IMG/VR virus record: IMGVR_UViG_3300027808_000128
Span: 1 to 27,573 of that record
Strand: one strand, 5' to 3'
Source: a virus
Lineage: Duplodnaviria > Caudoviricetes
DNA length: 27,573 nt
Shown here: piece by piece, positions 9,601-16,464 of the stretch
Position numbering within the stretch: position 1 is the first letter of the stretch
Layout: the number at the start of each line of letters is the position of its first letter
Notes under the pieces: generated by a model
Databases searched by the model: none
The model's input: only the letters and a program-made list of their open reading frames with translations
Told to the model about the DNA's origin: nothing
Translations under genes and position numbers: made by a program

Positions 9601-12600
9601 CTTTCTTAAACTCTGGGACAAGCTCTAGCGCCGCCGTTTCTTTAGCTAGCTCAAGGCTTGCCCCCTTTAGGTTGGCGCGGCTAATGTCTGACATGGCAAG
9701 CATTGCAGCAGCCATGTCCTCCGCTTGCTTCTTGGCAGTTTTGTCTTCTTTTTTACTATAATCGCCAGCAAGACTACCCCCTCTAAAAATCACATAAATT
9801 TTTCCGATAAGGTCGTCTACCTTAATAGACGCTTCGCCGAATGTAGTTTGAGCGTCGTCTAATGGCGTGGTGTCGGTAATGTTATTCAGATCGCGATGGA
9901 TTTCCATCGGAGCGTAGGACAGCGGTTTGAATCCCTCAAGGAGTTCAAACGAATCGTCGGCAGTCTTAGATACGAGTGACGTCTTTTTGCGGCCGCTCCT
10001 TTTATCTTTGCGTTCCAACACATTCGGGTCTGCTGCAGTTGGACCATCTACACGGATAACCAATCGAGTAGTCTTATCAAACACAATCGACTTGTTCCGT
10101 AGGAGCTCAGGAAATGATTCCGGAACCCTTACCGGAATCTCAGCTCGCAAAAACTGGATCATGCTCCGTGGATTGTTGTCGAACAATCCGATCTTTACCC
10201 CGCCGTCAGTAGCTATATAATACGTCTGCTTGTTTCTTTCTACAAACTTGCCGCTAACTGGATCAAATTCATTTGCCTGCGGAGTTCTAAGGGCTTCAGG
10301 ATTCAGGATGTCGGAATAACTTGCAATCTTTGCGGCATTGAGGACTGGATACTTTTCGTAGATTAGTTTAGAAATGAGATCGGATATCTCGGATGAGCTT
10401 TTGACATTCTGGTAGCCGTTTGGCATCCCATAAGCACTGCCTTTAGTTAACCTAATCGGGAAACCCTGCTCTACTATCAAATCAATAGTGCTGCCAATAG
10501 CCTTTTTGATGGCCTTGATCTGACCTGCTTGGAGCGGGTCTGACGCAGCCGCTTCCTTACCCGTCTTTCTTTCTGAAGCCGCTTTCTTTGTAGCTGCCTT
10601 AGCTTCTGCCACAGCTGCTTTCTCAGCTGCCTTAGCTTCTGCCGCAGCCGCTTTCTCAGCTGCCTTAGCTTCTGCCGCAGCTGTTTTCTCAGCGGCTTTC
10701 TTTGCTCCGCTGTCTTTTATTTGAGCTGCTGTTTTTGCAGCCGTATCAGCTTTGCGTTGCGCTGCTTGCGCCGCTTTCGCGGCTGCCGCCGCATCCTTTG
10801 TTGCGGCGGCCGCAGCCTTCGCAGCTTCAGCCGCCTCTGCTATCGTAACTTCCTTTGCGGCTTTTGTTCTGGCTTCATAAAGTTCGCGTGTCCGCGCCAT
10901 CGCCCATTCAGGAAATTCTGGTTCTTGAGGTGCTAATGTCGCAAGAGCCTTATCAACTTGTTCTTTCGTCAGTCCTTGCTGCTCGCCTGCCACGTATATA
11001 GCTTTTATGTCGCTCGGAGTTATCTTAAGTTCATTAAGCTCATCGTCTGTAGCGTCATCAATAACACTCGCGCCAACTTCGGGCGTAGTGTATGTAAGCA
11101 CTAACGCGGGAGATTCCGGCGAACTCTCCGAAAGAACTTCATCGATAGCTTCTTGGATAGCACTCCCAGATGCGCCGTCTAGATCTGCTTGAATTTCTTC
11201 CATAGAGTCTCCCTCTATATCAGGTTCAGTGCTTGGGGCGGCTCCGCCATATAGAGTAGCTAGAAACTCTTTCACTCTAGTGATCTCTGCATTAAGATCG
11301 TCAACAGTAGTCGCCGTATTGTTTTGAACGGGGCTAAGACTTTGGTTGATAAATGGGATAGCGGGTCCTTTACGACCTGTTTTCGGTATGTCTTTATTAC
11401 CTCGTATATCACCTACGGTATCGTTGAGGTGCGTAGCAATTGCGCGCAACATTGGTGACCCATAATAATCGTTGATATCGGCACTACCTGTTTTGTTAAG
11501 CCAACCATCTTCTCCAATACCGAAGAATGGATACCATTTACCAGCGGGCACTCCTTTTTTACCGCCACCTCCTGTTGATATATAGAACGGGAGTTTCATT
11601 CCACCAACATCTAATACAGTAATAATTCGGCCAGAATAATTGATGACTCCTGTTTCTCCGGCTCGAGTCTCTAGCGGGCCATTAGTTGTGCGGGCATAGG
11701 TAGACTCGAAAGGAATCTGAACGGCGAGTGCTGAATTTTCTCCGAAGGAGAAGGCAGGTGCTGTAAAGTTGTTAGCTACAGATGGGGGTTCTACGGGCGC
11801 AGCAATTGCTATAGGCGCGGCAGTTGTTGCCACCGCTTCAGGCGCGCTTATGTTCAGCACGGGGGCTTCGGGTAAATCGACATCCTTTATGTCTGCGTCA
11901 AAAGAAGCCGCCGTAGCGGCAGTGGCAGAACCAGCGGTAGCAGCGGTGGCGGCTGGTGTTTTGGGTGCGGCAGTCGATGCTTTTTGCAGCGGGTTCCTTA
12001 GTCTGTTAAGGATAACGTCTGCCGCAAGTGGACTGCCAGCGTCTTTCAGTTTAGTGGAAAGATCGGTAATTACTTTATTCCATGCCGCGTCGCGGCTCTC
12101 TGCTTCAATAGCACCGCCGCGCGCCAGTCGTCCAGCAGTCCGCTGAAAGACTCCCATACCACCACCGAATACACCGCCGTAGAAGCCAGCCATTGCCGAT
12201 TGCTGTAACCGTTCAAGGATCGGGACGTCTTGGCCAGTAGCTGCGCTTTGGATATACCCGTTAACCAACTCATCGGCAGCTTCTTCCAAAGCTTCGTCGG
12301 TGAACTTCTTGGCAATGTCAGCGGGTGCTGAATTTTTCCACATGGACTTCAAGCCTTTCTTCGCATACTCAGCAACCACTTTATCGAAATCAGCGCCTTC
12401 GCCAAATTCCCTACCTCTTATCTTTGTAAGGACTGCTTTAAGCTGGCGTGGTGTGGCACCGCCAAGAATGAAGTCTTCAAGACCACCGCGTCCTATCATC
12501 GAGAAACCGAGTGTGATGCCGCCAGTAACAGTTCCGGCTACAATGCCAGCGGCAAGCGCGCGCGAGTGCTTCTCGTCCTTAGTAAGGTCTTTACCTTCGG

Positions 12601-14494
12601 GCGAATTCTCCAAAGCAGAATACACAGACGCGTAGGTGTTGCCACCAGATCTTGTAGCTGCGGGGATAAACATAGCGGACCTGATCACATACTTGTTTGC
12701 CGTTGTCTTTGCATACGCGCTGATTGCAGTTTCGGCAGACGCTATCGCCGCTTCTTTGGTAGCTCCTTTGACAAGTCCGCTAGTAACGAGTCGTTGGGCA
12801 GCCGCCGACGCTGTTTCTTTTGCTCCAGTAGCAAGTGCGCCACGGGTAATGCCGAGAACAACGCCACGGGCAGTGAGCCTTGCGCCAACGTAAGCCGCTC
12901 CACCTACTCCGGTCGCGGCGGTTAATATAGCGGTAGCAGCTACATCAAATACGACGGGGGCCGCCATTTCGCCGAGCGTCATTGCCATGCCAAAATTATC
13001 GCCGAACATGTTGGCAAGGCGGCGGCGTGAATCCCGCTCCCTCTGGTTTGTGAGGAGGATCTCACGCGCGGCATCAGACTTGGCAACAACTCCGAATGCC
13101 CCCAATATATCTTCATAAGAAGATACGATGGACGCGCCGATGGCGTCGATCCTATTTCGTATGAAACCATAATCAGCGGTCTGTAGGAACTCGTCGAGAA
13201 TCTCCCCGTCCTTTTTGTCTTCGGAATATCCTTTCTGGAGTGCGCGGTTCCAATCGTCTGCAAGATGAGTGTCCTTAAATACTTTGTCGTATTCGTTGAA
13301 CATCGACTGGATCACAAGATCGCGGTCTTTGGCCATCCCCTCTTTTTGCTTTTCAGAAAGGTCGGAGTTCGCGAGCATCGCCTTAAAAGCAACTTTGTTT
13401 GTAAAGGCTTCGCGGTGGATGACGGGGGATTTATATCCAAAGTAACGAAGGTTCCTGCTCCCTTCTTCTTCTGTAGAATACTTTAGCAGTCCTTGTTGAG
13501 CAGCTGCGTCGCCCGCCTTGAATTCCACAGCGGCTTGCTTATCGGCGGTTGAAATGTAACCCGCGTCCGGTAGTAGATCATCCATCTTATCGATGATAAG
13601 GCCATACAGTTCTTCGTTTGAAGGTTTACGCAAAGACTTAACGTCCTCTCTTATAGCATCGCTATCGTAACGGAGATACTGTTCTATTTGTTTAAGCGAC
13701 TCGCTGTCGTCACTACGCCCCTGCACCCCGCCATCATAGTGGTCTTGCTTGCCCATGTTCTCTGCGAGTGCTTGCACCCATTTTTCTACCTCTTTGTCTT
13801 CCTTGATAAGAGTCTCCGCTGCGGCAATGGCGTCGAAGTAGTTTATAGCTTTGAAGTTAGGAACCGATTGGCCTTCTTGGATCTCATAAGACTTCTTGAT
13901 TGCAAGCGCGTCGTCTGGTGAGATAATACCAGCACGCAAACTCTGCTTGTATGCTTCGACTGGCGTGAGGTTTTCCGCGAGATCACCACCTACAAATATG
14001 TAGCCCCCATTCTTTTGTTTGACTTTAGCGAACGGAATAGAACCGTCGGCAACCTTAGCGAGCTGAGATTTATCGAAGTTGGTGTCTAGAATCAACTTCA
14101 CTTGTTCTTCAAGAACAGGCATACGGTCAGCATACTCTTGCTGAGACTCCTCAGAAAGGCGGCCACTGGTCATCAATTCTTTGGCTACGTTATACTCGCG
14201 AAGAACCGATCTATCCTCAGAAGCAGGGTCGGTATAGTCGTATACCGAAGCCAACTGCGCTTCGAAAGAAACGCCCTTATCTTCAAACTCTAGCTTAATC
14301 GCTTCTTCAGAAACATCGATAGACCGTAGAGAATCCGCAAAGTTATTATTGATGAGCTGTGCAGTTGCTCCATCGAGTTCATCATTCGCAAGATACTCGC
14401 CGATGACATACTCTTTATACTTCCTCCGCTGTTCAATTTGATCTGTGATATTATTTTGGGCGGACCAAATGTCGATTGGAGTAAGCTCAGTCAT
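3605..14494 (-). CDS. Giant (3629 aa) polyvalent protein, probably a virion-packaged ejection protein, with a zincin-like metallopeptidase domain
   Basis: VLLHEYLHA (HEYLHA at 8180-8197) with downstream NIEEFIA; Gly/Ala-rich hydrophobic segments; Ala/Lys helical repeats; last and largest of three genes of increasing size after terL. Confidence 0.75.
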   Translation of the reverse strand: MTELTPIDIWSAQNNITDQIEQRRKYKEYVIGEYLANDELDGATAQLINNNFADSLRSIDVSEEAIKLEFEDKGVSFEAQLASVYDYTDPASEDRSVLREYNVAKELMTSGRLSEESQQEYADRMPVLEEQVKLILDTNFDKSQLAKVADGSIPFAKVKQKNGGYIFVGGDLAENLTPVEAYKQSLRAGIISPDDALAIKKSYEIQEGQSVPNFKAINYFDAIAAAETLIKEDKEVEKWVQALAENMGKQDHYDGGVQGRSDDSESLKQIEQYLRYDSDAIREDVKSLRKPSNEELYGLIIDKMDDLLPDAGYISTADKQAAVEFKAGDAAAQQGLLKYSTEEEGSRNLRYFGYKSPVIHREAFTNKVAFKAMLANSDLSEKQKEGMAKDRDLVIQSMFNEYDKVFKDTHLADDWNRALQKGYSEDKKDGEILDEFLQTADYGFIRNRIDAIGASIVSSYEDILGAFGVVAKSDAAREILLTNQRERDSRRRLANMFGDNFGMAMTLGEMAAPVVFDVAATAILTAATGVGGAAYVGARLTARGVVLGITRGALATGAKETASAAAQRLVTSGLVKGATKEAAIASAETAISAYAKTTANKYVIRSAMFIPAATRSGGNTYASVYSALENSPEGKDLTKDEKHSRALAAGIVAGTVTGGITLGFSMIGRGGLEDFILGGATPRQLKAVLTKIRGREFGEGADFDKVVAEYAKKGLKSMWKNSAPADIAKKFTDEALEEAADELVNGYIQSAATGQDVPILERLQQSAMAGFYGGVFGGGMGVFQRTAGRLARGGAIEAESRDAAWNKVITDLSTKLKDAGSPLAADVILNRLRNPLQKASTAAPKTPAATAATAGSATAATAASFDADIKDVDLPEAPVLNISAPEAVATTAAPIAIAAPVEPPSVANNFTAPAFSFGENSALAVQIPFESTYARTTNGPLETRAGETGVINYSGRIITVLDVGGMKLPFYISTGGGGKKGVPAGKWYPFFGIGEDGWLNKTGSADINDYYGSPMLRAIATHLNDTVGDIRGNKDIPKTGRKGPAIPFINQSLSPVQNNTATTVDDLNAEITRVKEFLATLYGGAAPSTEPDIEGDSMEEIQADLDGASGSAIQEAIDEVLSESSPESPALVLTYTTPEVGASVIDDATDDELNELKITPSDIKAIYVAGEQQGLTKEQVDKALATLAPQEPEFPEWAMARTRELYEARTKAAKEVTIAEAAEAAKAAAAATKDAAAAAKAAQAAQRKADTAAKTAAQIKDSGAKKAAEKTAAAEAKAAEKAAAAEAKAAEKAAVAEAKAATKKAASERKTGKEAAASDPLQAGQIKAIKKAIGSTIDLIVEQGFPIRLTKGSAYGMPNGYQNVKSSSEISDLISKLIYEKYPVLNAAKIASYSDILNPEALRTPQANEFDPVSGKFVERNKQTYYIATDGGVKIGLFDNNPRSMIQFLRAEIPVRVPESFPELLRNKSIVFDKTTRLVIRVDGPTAADPNVLERKDKRSGRKKTSLVSKTADDSFELLEGFKPLSYAPMEIHRDLNNITDTTPLDDAQTTFGEASIKVDDLIGKIYVIFRGGSLAGDYSKKEDKTAKKQAEDMAAAMLAMSDISRANLKGASLELAKETAALELVPEFKKALLFGELFQSLQRAGAIEVVDGLFSIKAGAEQEARNALLERIKVPADFTGAKTDLPITEETNRKAAFIYTFGFKKGQRKPILKEGEKNKTKKLTADWENRVLDSYIDGIINDDIARPDENGLFPNIKAIASRVGTRALKRVQYALEEKATEDVFALDPKKRSGAIEAVKESEFGQMYTTGESTLPYIFDKLAASEAAAAMPKLFLKPAYELFDSDRDVQLALRALAKDTVHKDSPALAESLKPEKLFRAIALWAVSKSHSQTDSYRFRRQFLDRFQATNKSTALISRAFEAYGVYKYDFKRVADKKQRDTLRRLGFSELETTLLTQKSVPTLLAEKLNITESEAKSLHKSLAEKIHRFDAPSFINSKHRNFFRVKNEKEIKRLNLESGNPNSVAAAMKEIMKSSKNKQHRAVAQFLLKNPDLINKTKFTIANIDNNKAGEFSVGSDGIGHVVINMTGYYGMGIESVLLHEYLHAATVDLTTKPESELTDSQRTAKKRLNGLLEISRRAYDKQLADGGRASLLFESGTQNIEEFIATFFTSSDFQNTLKVTRDAGSRRNFFTRIIDAIKDLFGVRLNKAFDSAFADLIDFTTIGNIDPASTSIEARMDRAAAETIDEGRKFSPIPKSIRDAAKPAAEIDLTQFSSLEPLVDGELGTAQQQRMIDYLIDQAVRSLIPADVAVSVFNTQQEADDSGTFDGRPNEAIVATIIRNTDGTEQSAIFINRANMRNRLLSRSSVIEDANMAKALLETYINEELTHVAEFNAVPIEKINALVDETLDQEFDGIIDDYTSDPELRASLKDGIRGPDAADVKRQMIGEYLRMYHQRVARGSTTEEDIAFFEGSPNLMQIALRYLRGVFRRTYARYNLNKNNPELAAIIHLMSNELRYLHAGSYSVDGHNAFDPRTPLAGFEVLRRQFAATSVDITDETTDEEVANRFQSVIDSIDLPVSQYVKGNYKGFSGIVSLFKGELDPRVTRLKKQQIFFENAVEAIAKNYMSKLARLLDETDGAVDPNDLADAAGSTELLTVDKETRLRLSQSYLSALKERKRRVKEGTLDPKYISVEATSEMRKRMVKDQIEALRDVAREEVRRKQSAALGRIREDYPELADTITEFRSVIDGFSRKLKDTYALSESMQIKFDSNMGIYLTRAYRAFNEEGYIDKVLTSSDEKFVEIRNNATPYFRARYVAKLASTLKKKSKIDADKDSTKTKKELTKEEAKQKAEDQVDEDPSAVANFMAQFLRSYEKDYRKRRPLEGGVTKSLIDNLKNKGNLDPAVRELLGEYDKPEEAINNMFRTFAVVTSMASRQSFYNNLISIGSMVEQVNLDGKKEMVGFLMTRDELNEKMRNDPAFIAGDFVNLRTGRAFIGDAEDTIPKDLDGQYDPTYHYYGPKELIDGMRNAYAPQFDSENKTKAKRAIENMQWLASTLTGLSLGAKTLFSVGFYLRNIVSNMIFFGPSQGFINVFDMGKELGLVGNLLNLRKDPNAINELQAELAAFGILNNEITTGLLKDILSGKISVGKMENDMKDIADKLKAIKDAGSKAVGPLMSRLQALSGAVDGFYKIAYFKHELATLERARQADIDAGNDSYYSRLSDYEMKREAARKVLATAQSYSEAPPIVKEFVRGPGVLVSPFLRFKIEVPRIIWNTYKEGVAEMKSGNPVMAARGAKRMIGMTAVLTLISGGLGAIAQQIFDIGDEEEEVRRRALPSFMQDNSILYFTLGGKLRSVDLTFVNPFALGVDPILRGLEKARRGDISGAAMAVLSSIWGTYGDQQILAGAIFDASYNRDSKTGQKIYGEKDGLGILGKGIAYVLDKSYNPRILEKAIDAYKATQAPVIDDQYSALSIVIGEGSPVRSFPVDTVAQYTKLVANASTELRANRASLNILRSKRPISDEEIKELAREHTANKIEISRDVFKTTRGLVTSKHGDLSINEAASILKEKGYGPKNINLIFNGYTERPVINKELAERVVNNLGDEGYRRLKILNDEFNKEEQFIKFDTK
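10592..10695 (-). repeat. 33-bp coding tandem repeat, about 3 copies (AAEKxAxAEAK)
   Basis: Near-identical units GCTTTCTCAGCTGCCTTAGCTTCTGCCGCAGC on the + strand. Confidence 0.85.
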
Positions 14495-14557
14495 AGCTGT
14501 GGCGGGTTCTGGGTGTTGTGTTGGTTATGCTTTTCTAATGCGTATATTCTGGAAACC

Positions 14558-15571
14558 TTAAGGAATATTCCAAGAGGTCTTTAGATAGTCGTCTATCGTC
14601 AAATCGGTTTTCGTTGGGATGGGCTTGCTCCGATCACCTGTAATTTCTCTGTATAGCTGCGTTCTACTGTCGTCGATTCGCACGCCGAGTAGATTGTGAA
14701 GTTCGTTATCAGGGAGTTTCTTTACCTCCTCCACTTGATCTGGATCTAAATTAGAGAGGTTAATCACCCTATTGATCAGAGCATTTCTGTAAGGCGCTGC
14801 GAAGGACTTAGGTTTTGTGGCTGTTGGGCTTGCGTTTTCATTGCTTCCCAATAAGGTATTCTCGAATGAATCAGAGCTTCCGTCACCATATTTTATAGTG
14901 TTAAACAAGCTCTCGGATCTGTCGATGTAATCGGTTCGGAGCTTATATGCCAGTTCTAACTTCGCGTTAGCAGCCTCCTGCTGCGCTTGGAGCGTATCAG
15001 CGTCCTTTTTACGTTTAGAAATTTCGCTAAGCCCAGCATTGGCAGTCAGGCTGCCAGATGTAACTTGATCGGCGACATCGGGCATGCCCAGTTGAGCCGC
15101 CATATTCCACACTTGGTTTATCTTAGCTTGTTCCACAGCATTGGCTGTTGCTCCAGCGGATATTTTAGAGTTAACCGCTGAAAGCAACGCGGAACCGTTC
15201 TTAGTCTCAAAGAAGGTTGGGTTGCTCATCATGATGTCGGACACAAGAAGGCGTTGATCGTTGGGGTCTTTACCCTCCATCGCATCCTCAAGCTGTTTGG
15301 ATATTGCTGGATACAATGTCGCCGCGTCCCGTGCTTCTCGGAGCTTTAGCTTCTCATCCTCGAAAGCAAGGTTGGCTCGTTGAAAAGACAGCTCCTGATT
15401 TTGCACGTCGAGCATGCGCTCTAACGTCTTATTAGAGATTTCTTGAAACGGAGCTATTCGCTGCATGTAGTCCGCTTGCAGCTGTTTACGCTCCCGATCC
15501 TTAAGACTGGAATCAGAAAAATAAGAACCGCGCATTGGCGCGATGTCCGTTTCGTAAGAAAATTCTGCCAT
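14558..15571 (-). CDS. Putative internal virion protein (~337 aa)
   Basis: Helical, Q/E/A-rich. Start MAEFSY at 15571 avoids overlap with the upstream gene. Function inferred from position. Confidence 0.6.
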   Translation of the reverse strand: MAEFSYETDIAPMRGSYFSDSSLKDRERKQLQADYMQRIAPFQEISNKTLERMLDVQNQELSFQRANLAFEDEKLKLREARDAATLYPAISKQLEDAMEGKDPNDQRLLVSDIMMSNPTFFETKNGSALLSAVNSKISAGATANAVEQAKINQVWNMAAQLGMPDVADQVTSGSLTANAGLSEISKRKKDADTLQAQQEAANAKLELAYKLRTDYIDRSESLFNTIKYGDGSSDSFENTLLGSNENASPTATKPKSFAAPYRNALINRVINLSNLDPDQVEEVKKLPDNELHNLLGVRIDDSRTQLYREITGDRSKPIPTKTDLTIDDYLKTSWNIP

Positions 15572-15575
15572 ATTT

Positions 15576-16277
15576 TTATTTGGGGGTTGCATTCATCTCC
15601 CCACGCCGCTTCTTGATAGCGTCGCGCATGAACTGTGTATACTCCGATTGGAGTGCAGCGGCTTCCGCGCCTGCTGCGTCTGCTTGTCTGGACTGTTCCC
15701 CCAGCCTGCCTCTTTGTTCCTGAGTCAGGATACTTGGTTCGTTGAGGCGCTGTGTTGAAGCCCCCATTGCCATCTCTTCAGCGGCTCTCGAATAGCCTTG
15801 TTTACGCAAGCGAAGGGCTTCGCGGCGCATGGCTCCGGATTGGGTTCCAAGGCTGCGGGACTCTCCAAGTTTACCTATGCTGTTCCCTAGAGAGTCCCGT
15901 CCCAAGCCCCCCAACGAGGGTTTGGCGGTAGGCGTCGGAAGTGGCTTTTCAGCGCGGTTAATACCGCGCGTATAGCCCGCATCGTCGATGCCGAGAGCCT
16001 TTGCACGTTCTCGAAAACCTGACGGCTTACTGCCTGCATCACCGCGAGCAGCAGCTTGCATATCCGCAAACAGCGCTCTACGACCTGCGAGGTTGGAATT
16101 CTCTTTAGGTGATACAGAGGTAGTCGCAGCGGTGAGTGCGGGTGTGGGTGTGGGTGTGGGTGTGGGTGTGGGTGCGCCAAAAGAAGGAAACGAAGCTGCG
16201 TAATTAGGTGTTGGATTGTAATTAGGTGCTTTAGGAAGTAGTTTCGATACGTATTTTAATTGTGGGGAGGTCGCCAT
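15576..16277 (-). CDS. Putative internal virion protein with a Pro-Thr linker (233 aa)
   Basis: Low-complexity A/G/R-rich ORF with its own promoter. Function inferred from position. Confidence 0.6.
   Translation of the reverse strand: MATSPQLKYVSKLLPKAPNYNPTPNYAASFPSFGAPTPTPTPTPTPALTAATTSVSPKENSNLAGRRALFADMQAAARGDAGSKPSGFRERAKALGIDDAGYTRGINRAEKPLPTPTAKPSLGGLGRDSLGNSIGKLGESRSLGTQSGAMRREALRLRKQGYSRAAEEMAMGASTQRLNEPSILTQEQRGRLGEQSRQADAAGAEAAALQSEYTQFMRDAIKKRRGEMNATPK
16140..16175 (-). repeat. 6-bp coding microsatellite (GGGTGT)x5 + GGGTGC encoding PTPTPT
   Basis: Read directly from the sequence. Confidence 0.9.
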
Positions 16278-16286
16278 ATCGAAGGG

Positions 16287-16315
16287 AAGTTACGCGACAC
16301 CTAGAAGATTGTCAA
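16287..16315 (-). promoter_or_regulatory. Sigma70-type promoter TTGACA-N17-TAACTT for the virion-protein operon (near-leaderless)
   Basis: Minus strand reads TTGACA atcttctaggtgtcgcg TAACTT cccttcgat ATG. The ATG is 9 nt after the -10. Confidence 0.7.
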
Positions 16316-16363
16316 TAGTCCAGTAAAGTGCCCCTGAAAAACGAGGTCAGTTTCTTTCGCCTT

Positions 16364-16450
16364 TACTCTTAGAGTATAAAAACTTCTATTTAGAAGAAGT
16401 AGTTCATTAAGCTAGGCTTAATGAACTACATCATTCTATAGAAAGTTTTT
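16364..16450. repeat. AT-rich nested inverted-repeat cluster (possible terminator or cis-site)
   Basis: Perfect 14-bp stem GTAGTTCATTAAGC-tag-GCTTAATGAACTAC (16399-16429), outer arms AAAAACTTCTAT / ATAGAAAGTTTTT, and three short palindromes. Confidence 0.75.
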
Positions 16451-16464
16451 TTCCTAAAGACAGA

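Noticed and set aside
3798-14293. Many short ORFs inside the giant gene
   Set aside because: Shadow ORFs from codon bias; none has a recognisable domain.
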